63,805 nt of DNA, filler included, from Vannella sp. (GCA_023345925.1; 6 parts of 6 records of this genome joined end to end with filler, not necessarily neighbours in it), one strand, 5' to 3'; shown: positions 9,401-22,939, numbered from the whole stretch's first letter. The notes: generated by a model not told the origin, from the sequence alone. Program-made: numbers and translations.

Positions 9401-12400
9401 AGTATTCAAAGACTATTCTGGGTCGCTTCTCTCTTCGATTCTGGACATTTTCAAAAGGTTCAATATTTCTATCGAAATGCAATCTGGTAACTTTCTTGAG
9501 TTGGGAGGCTCAACGAATGGCATCTTCATCCCCGCCATTCTGGCTGCAGATATTCGTTACAACACGATTGTGAATCATTGGCCTCTCCAGTTTCCTGAAA
9601 CTTACGTTGAGCAGGGGCGCATCTATCGCTTTCACATGTACCCTCTTGATATTTTCCATCGCATCATGGAGTCTGTATTGAAGCTACCGCGCTTACGAGC
9701 TCGTCTTGTGTGGAAGAATGGATTGATTATTGAGGTTGACTTTGTTTCTGCGACAAAAGAAACCAGGGAAGACTTCCCCAAGCAGTATGCGTATGTCTTA
9801 TTCAGTAGTAATTTGGAACTTTGCATTCGGGTTCGAACACCGCGCGCTCAGCGATTTGGAGGAAGCTCTCTCCTTCGATCTCTGGTGAATGCGATTGAGA
9901 TTCAGATAGAAACCGCTAAGGCTGAAGTGAAGAGAATAGTACCGTGTTCTCATTGTATCGCCAAACGGAATAGCAGTAACGGCCATTCTTCTTCCGTCTG
10001 GAGGACATCACGGTGCGACCAGGTACTTGGCTCGGGGTCTCACGAAGGAATCTTTGAATTCCCCTTGCAAGAATGTGTTAACGCTCTGTTCTTGAGTGAG
10101 AGGTCTCTGTGGTGCAACCATATAAGGAGCCCATCTCGCCGTGTTCGATTGGTTGAGCTAGCACCTGATATTGCGCTCTCTCACATTCCCTTTATCAATA
10201 GTAAGCAGTTGGAAGTTGCCAAGGAAATAGGAGCGGGTGCATTTGGCACTGTTTACAGCGGTACTTTAAACATTCCAGGATCTCAACGCTCTCTTGACGT
10301 TGCAGTGAAGCGCATGAAAGAGGATTCTCAGTTTTCTGTCGACACATTCTTGGAGTTCCAAGCAGAGGTCCAAATAATGTCTGAAGTCAAGAGTGACTTT
10401 GTGGTGAATATGTTTGGCATTACATTAGAGCCCCTTCAGATAGTTCTTGAGCTCGTATCAAAGGGAGATCTCTTTGGCTTGCTGCATCCAAGCCGTAAAT
10501 CTGGGTCCGAAGGAATGTCACTCAGCAAGATACCAAGTAAAGACTTTCCTTGGAAAGAGAGACTTCTGATTGCTCTGGACATTGCTCAGGGCATGGCTGC
10601 TTTGTCTTCTCAAGAGCCTCCAATTGTACATCGCGACCTTCGAAGTGCCAACATATTCATTCATAGCCGATCGCTCGAACCGACCGCAGTTCGGGCAAAG
10701 GTGGCAGACTTTGGTCTATCTCGCTTTGTGTCTGCTCCTCTCAACGGATCTTTGGAGACCTGGAGATGGCTAGCACCCGAAGTGATCAGTCCAACAGCAA
10801 CCTACGGCATTGAGTCTGATATTTACAGCTTCGCCATTATCTTGTGGGAGATTGGATCTTGTTGTTATCCCTTTGATTCATATTATAGCGACGAATCAAT
10901 GTCCTATCTCAGCGCCAATCTCAAAACTCGCCTCCTTAATGAGGAAAAGCTGAAAGCGGGAATCATTTTTGATAACGTACGCCCTCCCCTCGACTTAGTG
11001 AAAGTAGGAGAGGTCAATCAAACTGTGGAAACGCGCGAGGAAGCTGAAAGGGCTTGTCAAGTCCTCCACGAACTCATTAAAGCCTGTTGGGTTGTTGATC
11101 CACAGAGCCGTCCGAAGTGGGACGAAGTCATTCAAAAACTACGGGATGCCCTTCAGCTCCACACACACTTTGAAGAGGGCCATCCTCACGAATTAACTGA
11201 CTCTCTTGTCGATGTCCCTCAGGCCGGTAACCAACTCATGAAGAAAATGGCCGCTCACACGAGCGGAACGCCACATACTAGTGATTCTTCCTTTGTAGCC
11301 AGCTCCACTGGAATTATAATGGACCATTTCGTCTCCTGTGAAGATGACAAACAATTTACTAGTGCCATCCTCGTACCTGGGACTCCGCTAACAAGCCCCT
11401 CGGAAGAGTATTTGTGGACTTCCACAACCGGAGGAGACATACTCGTATTTAACATGTCCACTGTAAGACCAAAACCATCTTCCGTCCTCTCTAACTCTGA
11501 AAAGGTCGTCAAGCTGAAACACTGGAACGCTCATTCCAATCGAATCATAGCGCTTGTAGCAGCACCTCATAATGATCACCAAGTCGTCTGGAGCATCTCC
11601 AAGAGCGGAAGAATCAAAGTATTCCATCAAACGGTATTCTAGAAGATCCATGTTAGGCCAGTGACTGACTTTTGGATAGAATATGGACCTCATTCGAGAA
11701 TTCAAAGCCCCTAAAAAGTGCCGTCATGTGGAGGGCACCCAACTCATTCACAATACCAAGGGCCAGTGGTTCATTTGGGTGTGGGCGATATCTTTTGTGC
11801 ACTCGCATATCTATATCTACGACGTCGATAGCTTGAGTGTTATTCGTGAGTTGGTTATTGACCGGAAACGAAAAAGCATCTCGGCTCTCAAGCAGATGCC
11901 AAACGGCCAGATTTGGATGGGATTCTCTGATGGACACATTCGTTTGTATAATCCAGATAGCCTTGACCACATGGACTGGCCTGATGCATTTCGCTATGAG
12001 ATTACAGCTCTTTCTCACTTGCCCCTCTCTGGGGCAAGCCGAGAAGGGGCTTCTTCGCATTTCTTAGCGTGTGGTTCTGATAGCCACGGCTGGGTCACTG
12101 TCTGGCGCGTGGAAGGAGAATACGATATCCATCAAATCGCCAGTTCAGAAGCGCACATTGGCACGTCAGTCACTTGTCTGGCAGCGTGCCCACTTCTACC
12201 CAGTGAAGCAGAAGGGGATGTTGACAATCTCCTTCCGAACTCGCCTCGACAAACACTCAACGATTCAGAGCTGCGACTCTTCGATGACTGGCAAAAGCTC
12301 TACGAAGTGGTAGAAGAGGGAGGCGCCAACACCAGCTTTACGACCAATTCAAGCACAATGGATTTAAATGAGAGCTTCTCACTTTCAGAGACTTCTGCAC

Positions 12401-12696
12401 CCTCCTTCCCCAAGTTTGGCCGAGAGATTCGCAGGCGCCTTCCGCGCCTTGTCACTTTCCTCGTATCTGGTGACCTAGACGGCCGTCTCATCATTTGGGA
12501 GTCCAAAGAGGTGTGTTTCCCTTCTCTCCTCTATTCACTGAGTGCTCACATTCCCTAGCCCCGTCCAGTCCAAGAAATTGCTTCTCAAGAGCCTCATCAT
12601 GGAGCCATTCTCGGCATCTTTAACGGCAGAGAGCGGCTCTGTGTGGTCTCTGCGGACCGTATCATCAGTCTGTGGCATCCTTTCTGGGAGATGTGA
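6417..12696 (+). CDS. ROCO (LRRK-like) kinase: UBR-type Zn finger, ankyrin repeats, short LRR, ROC, COR, TKL kinase, WD40-like C-terminus; multi-exon
   Basis: CVSC..ICCLWCAKKCHAGH..CDCG; ankyrins (TPLHIAC, TPLMLAA); LDLQDNLLDSIP LRR; P-loop GDRGSGKS; VGTHDD; VILNPHW COR motif; GAGAFG/VAVK/HRDLRSAN/DFG/APE kinase; joined through ~50-nt GT-AG introns. Confidence 0.88.
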
Positions 12697-12920
12697 TTGA
12701 CTTCTGGTCGCACCATTGTATCATAAAAAGTCTGTCGAGCTTTCTGGACTCCCAACCTCCCGAGAAGAGGCACTGAGACTGACTGGCAGGCTGCGACGAG
12801 ATTCTGTGTGATCACTGAACCCTCCAAAGCTTCATGAATGTTCTTGAGGGCCCATTTGGACCAGGCTTGACTTTTCCTTGAATGCTCGCGAGATGGAAGT
12901 TTGCACATGAATGATCCATT

Positions 12921-13020
12921 NNNNNNNNNNNNNNNNNNNNNNNNNNNNNNNNNNNNNNNNNNNNTTAATTAATTAANNNNNNNNNNNNNNNNNNNNNNNN
13001 NNNNNNNNNNNNNNNNNNNN
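12921..13020. other. Artificial contig spacer (N44-TTAATTAATTAA-N44)
   Basis: Identical 100-nt linker with stops in all frames; recurs at 21776-21875, 31953-32052, 45852-45951 and 56497-56596. Confidence 0.99.
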
Positions 13021-13113
13021 ACCCATCAAACCACTCCAACGCTTTGTCCTGTCCAGCCCGCTCTCCCTCATTCATTCGCCCGCAGCAGAGACAAGAGTGC
13101 CCGCTTCCTTTGA
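13021..13113 (+). CDS. 3' end of an RCC1-repeat family gene (contig-truncated)
   Basis: Translates THQTTPTLCPVQPALPHSFARSRDKSARFL*, nearly identical to the tail TATRCPIQPALPHSFTRSRKKSARFL* at 20896. Confidence 0.8.
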   Translation, partial: THQTTPTLCPVQPALPHSFARSRDKSARFL

Positions 13114-13211
13114 GGAGGGGCAGAGGCGTCTCTTGCTTCCATAAAGGAGACGAGCCAGTGCAGACGAGCAACCCAAAGGCTTGAATGATGATGGAATGAG
13201 TCCATTCTTTG

Positions 13212-15146
13212 ATGTCTGTGGCGGAGTGGGTGCGGAGAGCGATCCAGTGCGGGGGCCACAGTGAGGGCCAGCGGAAGCTTGTGAATGTGTTGGAGTCACA
13301 GTACTGGGCATGTCTACGGTTCTATTCCAATGAGAAGTGCTACCCGGCTGTGCGCAGTGTGGTACCAGAGGAGGGGATCAGAGCGCGTGCGAGGGAGTGG
13401 ATGGCCTCTTCAGAGCATCTTTTCAAGTGTGAGTCGGATTATGAGAGGTCTCAGGAGGCCTTTGTCTGCTCTCTCATGCACTGGATGAAGTTTGAGTGGT
13501 TTTCCTGGGTGGACCAACCTCCCTGTGACTTTTGTACCGTAAGAGAGTGGTCCTTCTCGCTATATCAGCCCCTCTTACGCAACAAAGGGGCCTACAAAAG
13601 CACTGAGTCATGCCTCTGCCTCTCCAGAGGAAGCAGCGAAAGGTTCAGCGCGGGGAGTGGAGTTGTATTCCTGTTCTCTGTGCGGTTCCACCACTCGCTT
13701 CCCTCGTTACAATGACCGTTAGTTTCTACCATCAGCACCTTCTTATAGGACGCTCACTCTATGTCAGCACTCGTCCTGCTTTTGCAAACGAAGCGGGGGA
13801 GGTGCGGGGAGTGGGCCAATGCCTTCACCATGGTCTGCTGTGCAATGGGGCTTCGCGCTCGTCTGACACTTGATATGACCGACCACGTTTGGACCGAGGT
13901 CTTCATTGAGGAGTCAGAAGAAGACCGTTCGAAGGGCCGTTGGGTTCACATGGATGCTTGCGAGAACTTGTTCGATGCGCCTTTGGTGTACGAGCGGGGC
14001 TGGGGAAAGAAACTGAATTACGTCTTCTCTTATCACAAGGAAGGAGTCAATGACGTCTCCTTGCGGTACACCAGAGACTTTGCCAATCTCAAGCCCCAAA
14101 GACACTTTGCGACAGAGTGAGTTTGTGACAGTGTTTCAGCCCCATCCATTGACAGAATGCAAGGGAGTGGCTCAAGGACGCTCTGTTCTACCTCAATTTC
14201 ACAATTCAAACTGGAGGGCTTCCATTTGGTCTTCATTGGTCCTCTTCGGAGGTCCAACGCATTCAGGAAGACCAGAAGAGGGAGCTGAAGAAGCTCCTTG
14301 AAGGGGCATCTACAAGTGGCTCAGACGAAAGCCTTCCTCGCCAGTCAGGCTCCAGGGAGTGGCGGGAAGCCCGTGGCGAAATGGGAGATGGAGAAGACAG
14401 TTCTGTTCTGCCCAATGTATTGGAGGATGGTAAGATGAGGATTGTTTTTGATTTCCCTCACTTCAGGGCGACTCCTCCTACTCTACGCCTTCTTGGAAGT
14501 TGCATTTTGGACCCAAACGCACAGGCCTTGCAACTCACTGAATCAAGACCTTCTCAGGCAGGGGCATGCTGGTTTATTCGCCCATTCTCTATCAGAGAAT
14601 CGTTCGTAGTCAAGTTTCGCTTTCAGATTCTCAATAGCGGCGCAGACGGGTTTGCCTTTGTGCTGGTGAGATTGACTGAGTCACAAAAGAGTGAGCTGCT
14701 AACTGCGGCCGCAGCAACAGGAAGGATTGAATGCTTTGGGGGCTCCTGGTGGAGGAAAGGGATATGCAGGAATCACCAAATCAGTTGCTATTGAGTTTGA
14801 TACTTACGAGAACTACAGCGAGCTGGACGATCCAAACGGCAACCACATTAGCGTGCACTCGAGAGGTGCTTTAGCCAACTCTGCCCATCATCGCTTCTCA
14901 TTATCGTGTAGCGGCAAAATGCCCTCCCAAATGAACGATGGGGCGGAGCATTCAGTCAGTATCTCCTACCACGCTGAAGAGGCCAAGCTTTGCGTTTCCC
15001 TTGACAACCAAATAGTTCTCGCCTGCAAAGTCAACCTGTTTGAACGAATAGGAGGTGACGCTTTCCTTGGGTTTACCGCTGGAACCGGCGGATTGACTCA
15101 AACTCATCGACTTCTCTCTTGGTCGCTGTTCCGCCCGCACTCTTAA
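13212..15146 (+). CDS. NGLY1: Peptide:N-glycanase (PNGase) with C-terminal legume (L-type) lectin domain; multi-exon
   Basis: FSWVDQPPCDFC, RFPRYND, RGRCGEWAN, DHVWTEV, WVHMDACE, YERGWGKKL and RQSGSREWREARGE, then GADGFAF, VAIEFDTY, NHISVH and GFTAGTGG. Confidence 0.92.
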
Positions 15147-15242
15147 GCAACTTAGATCGCTACTGGTAGTCCCTAAGAAAGGGATTTGTTTGACTATTCC
15201 AATGCATTTGACTTTCCTTGTGTATTCGGATCCGGATGGGGC

Positions 15243-18200
15243 TCAGTTGACAAACTTCTGCACCGCTTCGGATATCGATTGGGAAAGAGTGCCGCTGTGA
15301 CTCTTTGTAGTGATTCGATAATATCCAGTAACACTGTCAGACTCAAGGCGGCAAAGTACGGGAATCTGGCATTGTCAGTATCCATGGCCCATTCCACATT
15401 CTTTTTCTCACCTTTTCTTCAATCATATGGAAGAGGAGAGAAGCTGTAAGATTTGAGGGACTTGGATCCACTCCAAAGATGATGGTAAAGCCCACGTTTT
15501 CTAACACTTCACGAGCCTTAGAGATCTCTATTGCTTGGTCAGTCTTCCAGAAAATACGCTTCTCCTCAGGTTCGCCTGATCTCTGTTAGTACTTTGGGAC
15601 TGGTGAAAGAGCAAAGTAACGAACCATTGATGAGCTTCCACGCGGCTAAAAAGTCGGCTGGAGTGACTGGGTAAGGCGAGGTAAAGGAGAAGATAGTGAT
15701 TGGCATATGTTGATGCAAGGCAACTTCAGTCCCATTCGCAGTGACATAAGAGATAGCGAACTGAGGCACACCCAGAAACTCTTTTTTGCAGTCAACGGTG
15801 ACAATTTGAGTGATTTGCTCGGTTGGTTTTAAAGAACGAGGAGCCTCTTCGGCTGAGAAGGTAAGAGCACTGAAGTCGGGATTCATGACAGAGATTTGGA
15901 GCTCAGATAGCTCCAATCTCCCTAAGTTCCCGTAGTAAAGAGTGAAGCGAAGGCGGGATCCCAATCTCTCTCGAAGCATGCCGACTTGGATGTTGCTGTT
16001 CTGAGCGAGAATGCATTTGCGCTCGAATACCAAACCGCGGAAGAACTCAGAGTCTGGAATCTCAAAGGAGATTTCCTCTTGTTCTGGATCTAATCCAGAC
16101 TCTACAAAGGATTGGGATCTGGAAGATAAGAAGGGATAGACTGGCTTTGCTGGAGCTTCTTCTACTATTGGAACAACCTCTTCCTTTACAGGGGCCAAAG
16201 GAGCGGGAGGTTCCTCAACAACTCGAACTCGAACCTTCTCTAAGTAAGTAGACTTGGCAGTGTTGGGATTCACTTTGTGCTCCTTGAAGAAGTATTCAAT
16301 GGTCGGAGCGAGAATCAAATAGGTTTCTCCAAACTGCTTCAGAGTGACAACAATCTCCTCTTGAGCGTCCGTGGACCGTTCATCGTAGAACTTTGTCACA
16401 GCAGAGAACTGATCAATCGGTCTGAGAGACAAAGAGTGAGTAAAGGAGCCCAAATGCACCTCCCACTTACCCGCCCTCCAAGTCGTTGGCAATAAGCTCT
16501 CCACAGTGGCGAAGAATCATAGCGCACGCTAATGTTAGACCGTTATTCGTCGGCGTGGTAGTGTCTGAAGCGAACTGAATTAGCAGCTTTGCGGCCATTA
16601 CTTGGATATCTTCGGTGGCAATAACAGTCTTAATGAATTGCTGAAGGTCATAGTCCGGCACGAGGTCTCCCTTGATGCAAAGCAGTCTAATCATCACTTC
16701 TGCGTACCAAACAATGTTTGAAGTCAGGGCGCGGTCTGCAAGAACCACCAAGAAGTTGATGATTGTCGCTGAGAGATCACATCCAGCCTTTGATAGTTCA
16801 GCAAAGAGAACATGGATAATCTCGTTAGTATAGTCGCTGGAACAGAGCATAAAGAGGATCTCCACCAGCTTGATTTGAGTGGGACTGTCTGTCCCATCGA
16901 GAAGAGAGGAGATCTTCCCGTATTGAGGGGCAGCGAGTTTGTGCATTCCAGGGTTCTGTTGGAGGATCAAATGAAGCTTTTCAACCGCAAGAATGGTCAT
17001 CACATCAGAGTCGGAGCTCATGAACTCCACCAGAAGGGCCATGCACCGCTTAAGATCAATTGGATCGTCCAGTTTCCCTGCCAGAGAGAGAACCGCCATC
17101 AATACCGCATTCTTGGCCAGGATAAACCGAGAAGACTCATCTGTCACCTTCCTATTCTCACGAAGCAGATGGCGGACGACCTCCAGCCAACGAGCACGAA
17201 GCGCTGCATCGTCAGGAAGTGGGAAATATCGCAAATACCGCAACAGCATGATCTGCAACCAAGGATTCGGCACTCCATAATACTCATAGTGCACCATTTG
17301 AGGTGTAGAACGGTAGGCCACTACCATCTGGAAGAGATTGTGAAGGACAATGGGCATGAACATCTCAAACTTGGACAAGTCAGCGTTCTCCATCTGAATA
17401 AGGCCAAGAAGAAGCGAAGTGACTGAAGTCAGTAGTCCCAAGTGGAACTTCTTCATCAATCCCCTTAGAATGGGGAGCATCAGGTCAGGCGTGACGATGT
17501 CTGGGTGTTGGCGGGTCATACGGAGAAGGCAAATGCTTGATTTCTTCTTCAGATCCACTGTAGTGACCCTGAACATGGTTAGATTGTGGCTTATAGACGC
17601 TTAGGAAGAGCTTTAAACCTACGGAGACATCAGGATGTTGGTGACAACATCGTTAAAGGCCTGAGCCATCCGCTTTCCCCCAATATTGGCGATGGCAGTG
17701 ACTGCCAGGGCTTGAATCTCACAATTAGAGCTGTGCAGATCTAAGTTGATGACAGTCATCAGACTCTAGAACCCACCATAGTCAGCACTTCACCTAAATC
17801 ACCTTCCAGCGTCCTCCTCACCTCCATTAACGGGTGTCCATCATAGATAAGGACTCCCACAGCCAAGTAGCCCTTATCACCACCCCCAGTAAGTCTCTGA
17901 ATGGCACTGGCGAGGCAGAACCACACGTACGATCTGCTTCTCCGAGAACTTCTTTGCTTGGCACATCTGGATGGCCTCCTTGCGTCCAATGTCCACTTTG
18001 TAGCCCAAAAGGAAGATGTAAAGGACCTTACACACATACTTCGCCCTCTGGTCACTCCCAGCGCCCCCTGCGAAGACGTTCTTGAACTTATTGACTTCCA
18101 ACTCGACGCGAGCCTGTTCGCTCTTTGCATCCGGACCTGCGCGCTTCCCCACTCAATACGTACCCTTCTAACGGTTCATGTATCACTTACACTTCATGAT

Positions 18201-18248
18201 GTCCTGAATGAACGTCTTCAGCCCACGCATGGACCCGCTGGCAGTCAT
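15243..18248 (-). CDS. AP2A: AP-2 adaptor complex subunit alpha (alpha-adaptin); multi-exon
   Basis: MRGLKTFIQDI, KYVCKVLYIFLLGY, FSEKQI|GYLAV, YEYYGVPNPWLQ, and ear domain ending VLCRLE..YRIT. Confidence 0.9.
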
Positions 18249-18398
18249 CGCGTTAGGGCGCGAAGGAAATGATCTCTTGTGGACGCGTAGCGCGTCACAG
18301 GCGACTCGTAACAGGTGTATTGAAGGTACTTACGGTTGCTTGTATGGGTGTCAGTGGTGGAGGATCAAGAGGAAGCCAGTTTATCGTGTCGCAGAGGA

Positions 18399-19055
18399 AT
18401 GGGAGCGGGGGAGAGCACGCAGCTTTCTGCTTGGCAGCGGATTGAGGGCTGGCTTGGTGTTAATCAACACATAACAGATGCAGCTAGACGTGGGGATGTC
18501 AGCAGGGTCACCCAGCTCTTGGATGAAGGAGTTTCCATCATTGAGAAGGACGAAGACGGCAATACATCGCTTCACGTGGCTTGCTACGAAGGCCACCTGG
18601 ATCTCGTGAGACTCCTTCTTTCAAGAGGAGCGAACGTTGACGAAAGAGGGCGAGTAGGCTTCACAGCCCTCTTCCGCGCAGTTCAGAAGGAGCACACGAG
18701 CATTATCTCCTTCCTTTTGAAGTCCAAGGCGCGTGTGAACATTCAGAACAGTTACGGAGTGACACCACTGCACTGGGCTTCTGTTTGGGGCGCTTCACAG
18801 TCCCTACGACTGCTCCTACAGCACAACGCCAAGATCAATGTCCAACAAGGCAACGGACAGACAGCTCTCCATTGCGCAGCGATCCACGGGAACCTCGAAT
18901 GCCTGGACATACTCCTGAATCACGGTGCAGACCTCGCTTTGAAGGACTCTGAGAACCACACAGCCTTGGAGGTCGCCTCCACCAACGAGACTCTCGCGCT
19001 ACTGTCCCAGTTTGACGACAAAAGACAGCAAGAGATGAAGATAGCCTATCAATAA
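18399..19055 (+). CDS. Ankyrin-repeat protein with possible N-myristoylation site (MGAGES)
   Basis: About 5-6 ankyrin repeats (GNTSLHVAC, GVTPLHWA, GQTALHCAA). Confidence 0.85.
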   Translation: MGAGESTQLSAWQRIEGWLGVNQHITDAARRGDVSRVTQLLDEGVSIIEKDEDGNTSLHVACYEGHLDLVRLLLSRGANVDERGRVGFTALFRAVQKEHTSIISFLLKSKARVNIQNSYGVTPLHWASVWGASQSLRLLLQHNAKINVQQGNGQTALHCAAIHGNLECLDILLNHGADLALKDSENHTALEVASTNETLALLSQFDDKRQQEMKIAYQ

Positions 19056-19113
19056 ACGTTGTACACACTAGTACGCTCTCTTACCGCCACTGTGGGTTCA
19101 TTTCCTGCCATCC

Positions 19114-20325
19114 ATGAGTGACGAGTTGGCCGACCTGAAGACGATGCGCGATATCAACGACTATTGCGTGAGGAAAGGTATCCCATCGCTTGCGCAAGGG
19201 ATGATTGAGCTCCCTCCACCCCTGTTACTCCGTCAAATCGCCTCCAAAATGGTCATGGAAGAGGACCTGCATACGGTATGGGCTCCGTGTGCCGTTAGGG
19301 AGTCACTTACCCATCTCAACCTTTAGTACCGCTCAAGAATAGGTGAAGTATCTTATCGAGAGGCCATGGTCTCCTTCCTACAGCAAGAATATGACACCGA
19401 CGTCCCCGTCGACGCCATCCTCGCTACCCAAGGCGTCAGCGGTGGCATAGTATCCACACTAGCTCTCGTACAAGACCGAGGTGGCAAGACGGTAGGCCTA
19501 ATCGAGCCCTTCTACACGTACCATGTCTTCCAGACTCAGCGCTTGTATGGAAAGGACACTCCCCTTCGCTTCGTGCCTTTGGGATCTGCAGAATCCAACT
19601 TTGCGCCAGACTGGGATGTGATAGAGAGAGCCATACGAGGAGACGGGGAGCCCAAGCTCGACCTACTTGTCGTGTGCAACCCTGGAAACCCCACAGGACG
19701 TGTCTGGACGAAGAGTGAGCTCGACAAACTCGTTGCCTTGACAAAGGAGAGTGACTGCATACTCCTGTTGGATGAGTGCTACAGTGACATGGTCTGGAAG
19801 CCTCACATTCACTACTCGCCGGTCCAAGATGGCCTCCACGACCACGTGGTAGCTGTTCGTGGGTTCTCAAAGGTGATGGGATGTCAGAGCTGGCGTGTAG
19901 GATACGCTATTTCTTCCCCAGCTACGATTGCCGAGCTGATGCGAGTGCAAGACCCTATTTACATCTGTGTTCCTTGGCTCCAGCACCCGCTAGGCGCCTA
20001 CTTTGCTCAGCACTTTGATGACTTCCGTGCCCACAAGGTCAGACTCGCAGAGCTGATCCAGGGGAACTGGGCCAGTCTCTCCCGCGGCCTCCAAACGGCA
20101 TTTGGGTGGGAACCGCTTGAGCCGAGTGGATCGATGTATGGCCTGCTCAAGCACCAAGAGAAGACAGATATGGAGGCTGTTAAGAAGGCTCTGGAGAAGG
20201 GTGTGGGAGTGTGCCCTGGAAGTATGTTCTTTGGGGGATTCCCCGAATGGACTGGCTTTGTTCGTATCCATTGCGGTGTCTCCCAGGAGAAAGCGCAGCT
20301 CATCCTTGACCGCATTAATCAATAA
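19114..20325 (+). CDS. PLP-dependent aminotransferase, class I/II (intron 19276-19326)
   Basis: SLAQG, NPGNPTG, DECY and GFSKVMGCQSWRVGY (PLP-lysine motif). Confidence 0.9.
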
Positions 20326-20895
20326 AACTCATTCCCAATTCCTTGGAGCTCCCAGAGGGCCTCCTTCCTGCTCGAAGCTCCAAACGTCACAGTTGTAAGT
20401 CATGCCAACAGGTATTCAATGCTAACTTGGCTCTGGATGGGTCCCTTGGGGGGTTGTCAAGTGACAGACATTCAAGTGAGAGAAGTTTGTGACAAATGGA
20501 GCATCTGAAGCTCAGTGACCGTTACCTTCCGTTACCTTCCGTTAGGCTCCTCTCCCGCCTGCCTGTGTGTCTCAGCCTCGTCCCTAGGCATCCTCCTCGT
20601 TCTTTTCCAGCCTCCTCTCCTCACAGGGGAGTAAAACACTCACCAGTTCCTCAACCAGTCCCACTGCTGTTTGCACACCGTTTAACAGTTAGTGCAATCA
20701 ATGGGTTTATATGCTTCATTAGAGCTTGCAAAGGAGGTCTCCTTCCTTCGAGTAGTTTGAGTGACTCAAAACCTCATTCTTGAACCACTCTCGTAGCTGT
20801 TGGACCATAAGGAATGCTATCTTCTCTCGCGCTGTTGTCTTCTTTCATTGATGGAGGTGCGTTACCCTGTGAGCGCCCGAAGAAGCAAAAGACAG

Positions 20896-21775
20896 TCAAA
20901 GGAAGCGGGCACTCTTCTTTCTGCTGCGAGTGAATGAATGAGGGAGAGCGGGCTGAATAGGGCAACGTGTAGCAGTGAAATGGTTGAGTGATCCCGATCC
21001 CAAGTTCTCCGTCAGCGTTTCCTCCGAAGACCAGAAGGCCTCCTTCCTGTGGGAACACCAATGAATGGGAATTTCCCGCAACCAGGGCGCTTGTTCTCTT
21101 CAATGAAGGTATCAAAGTGGGTGCGCGCTTTCTGAGTTTCTCGCCCGTTCCCAATTGCCCGAATTCACCCCATCCCCAGGTCCAGACGCCGCCATTCTCA
21201 TCCAGAGAGAGTGTATGATGCAATCCGCAGGAGGCTGCAAGCATGGGGGGGATGTTTTTGATTCGCTGCAGCTTTGAGACATCCTCATTAGGGCGCCCCA
21301 GTTGGCCTTCAGAGTTGGCTCCAAAAGAGAAGACGCCTCCTTGCGAGTCGATGAAGATCACTCCATCGGAGAGAGCAGCCAGACATCGAAGAGGTCCTGA
21401 AGACTGTTGATCTATCCGATGAATGGGGGTCGGCTGGAGAGCCCCGTTGGTGTAGCCGAGGTGGCCCAGTTTCCCTTGGGAGTTTCCGACCAGCACCCAG
21501 AGACCTTCTTCGGCCTCTGCCACGACAAAGTTGAAGCCGCAAGATACCTTAATGATTGGAGGGAGGCCTTCTAATCGTTTGGGAAGAGAACACGCCCAAG
21601 AGAGATGGGTACAGCTTGTCCACACCCAAAGGACGCCTTCGGTGTCCATTGCTGCGCTGTGAGGGTGGCCAGTAGCCACTAACGCGATACAAGGTAGTTC
21701 TGGTATTCTCTCGAAGGTGAGAGAGCTAATGGAGGACCGGAAGCAACCAGCCTGCCACACACCGCCCTCTGCATC
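20896..21775 (-). pseudogene. RCC1-repeat family member, 5'-truncated by contig end, with a frameshift near 20970-21000
   Basis: RCC1 blades (SCGLHHTLSLDENGGVWTWGWGEFGQLG); the family C-terminal PALPHSFTRSRKKSARFL* lies in a different frame from the main ORF. Confidence 0.6.
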
Positions 21776-22939
21776 NNNNNNNNNNNNNNNNNNNNNNNNN
21801 NNNNNNNNNNNNNNNNNNNTTAATTAATTAANNNNNNNNNNNNNNNNNNNNNNNNNNNNNNNNNNNNNNNNNNNNCGCTCATCTAAATCCCCCAAGCTGC
21901 TCCGAAGTGCCCCACACACAACGTCCTCCATGGCGGGTTCCGCCATGGAAAGAAAACTGGCCAAACACTTTGATTTGGACACATTAGCTTTGCAAAGGTC
22001 TAAAATCTTTTCCTAGACCAATGCAGGCGTGAGTTGAGTTGGGTTGGGGCTAAATGCGATTGTCTGGGGGTGGCGCCATCGAGTTCCGGTTCAGCAGGAA
22101 GCTGCTTCCTAATCTAATGGTGCACCCCTTTTACCAAACGTTTTAGCGCATGCAATCCTCCTTAGTCTTTTTCCGTGTCTCGCGCAAGGTTGATGGCTGA
22201 GTCAGAGAGTTGCTGCCTTCTGGCTTGCCCACACCAGGCGGAGGCGCGCTTCCTGAGCCATTCTCCGTTCACTCCCCGAGAAGCGCGTTGGTTCAGAGAG
22301 CTCTTCTTCTCTTTCCATCGTTCGAGGAGGATTTCACTGAATGCTGCACCTTTCACGAAGGTCTTCGGGAGAAACGACTGCAATCAATTCCACCCTATTC
22401 ACGATAAAAGAGTGCTCAGCAGTCAACATTGAGAAAGTGGCTCTGGAAAGGAAAACGATCTTTCGACACGTTCCATTCGAACGAGTGAATCAATAATACA
22501 GTCTTGTTGAAATAGAAACATCCTAAGAACTGTCATCGAAGACAGTTGATACAGTTCAGCTTGGATGACATTCGTAAGTAATTGAGTAGTCTGTAAGTGA
22601 CTGATGGGGAAGGAGGAAGAAGAGGAAGATGAAAAGTAGAGGAGCTCACCATAATCGGGTAGACGCCTTTGGGGAAGAAGAGGAAGATGAGAAGTAGAGG
22701 AGCTCTTCAACATGACAATTTCAAGGGGAATCGAAAGAAACATCTCTTTTGTATGTTCATTCGGATCTCAGTTCGTTTTGTTTCATTCTTCGCCGACCCT
22801 TTGCCGTTGCGGCTTGTGTTGGAGGTGAGAGCCTGGTCCATTAGGTGGGCCTCTTGGGAGAGAATCTGATACATGGGCATGGTCTTAGGGATCTGATTTT
22901 GCAAGTTCCTGATTCTCTTCTGCCAAACGAACTGCTCTG

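Noticed and set aside
12921..13020. TTAATTAATTAA palindrome inside N runs (five occurrences)
   Set aside because: Artificial concatenation linker; gene adjacency across these spacers is meaningless
20519..20544. 10-bp tandem repeat CCGTTACCTT
   Set aside because: Only ~2.5 copies; ordinary slippage with no associated structure
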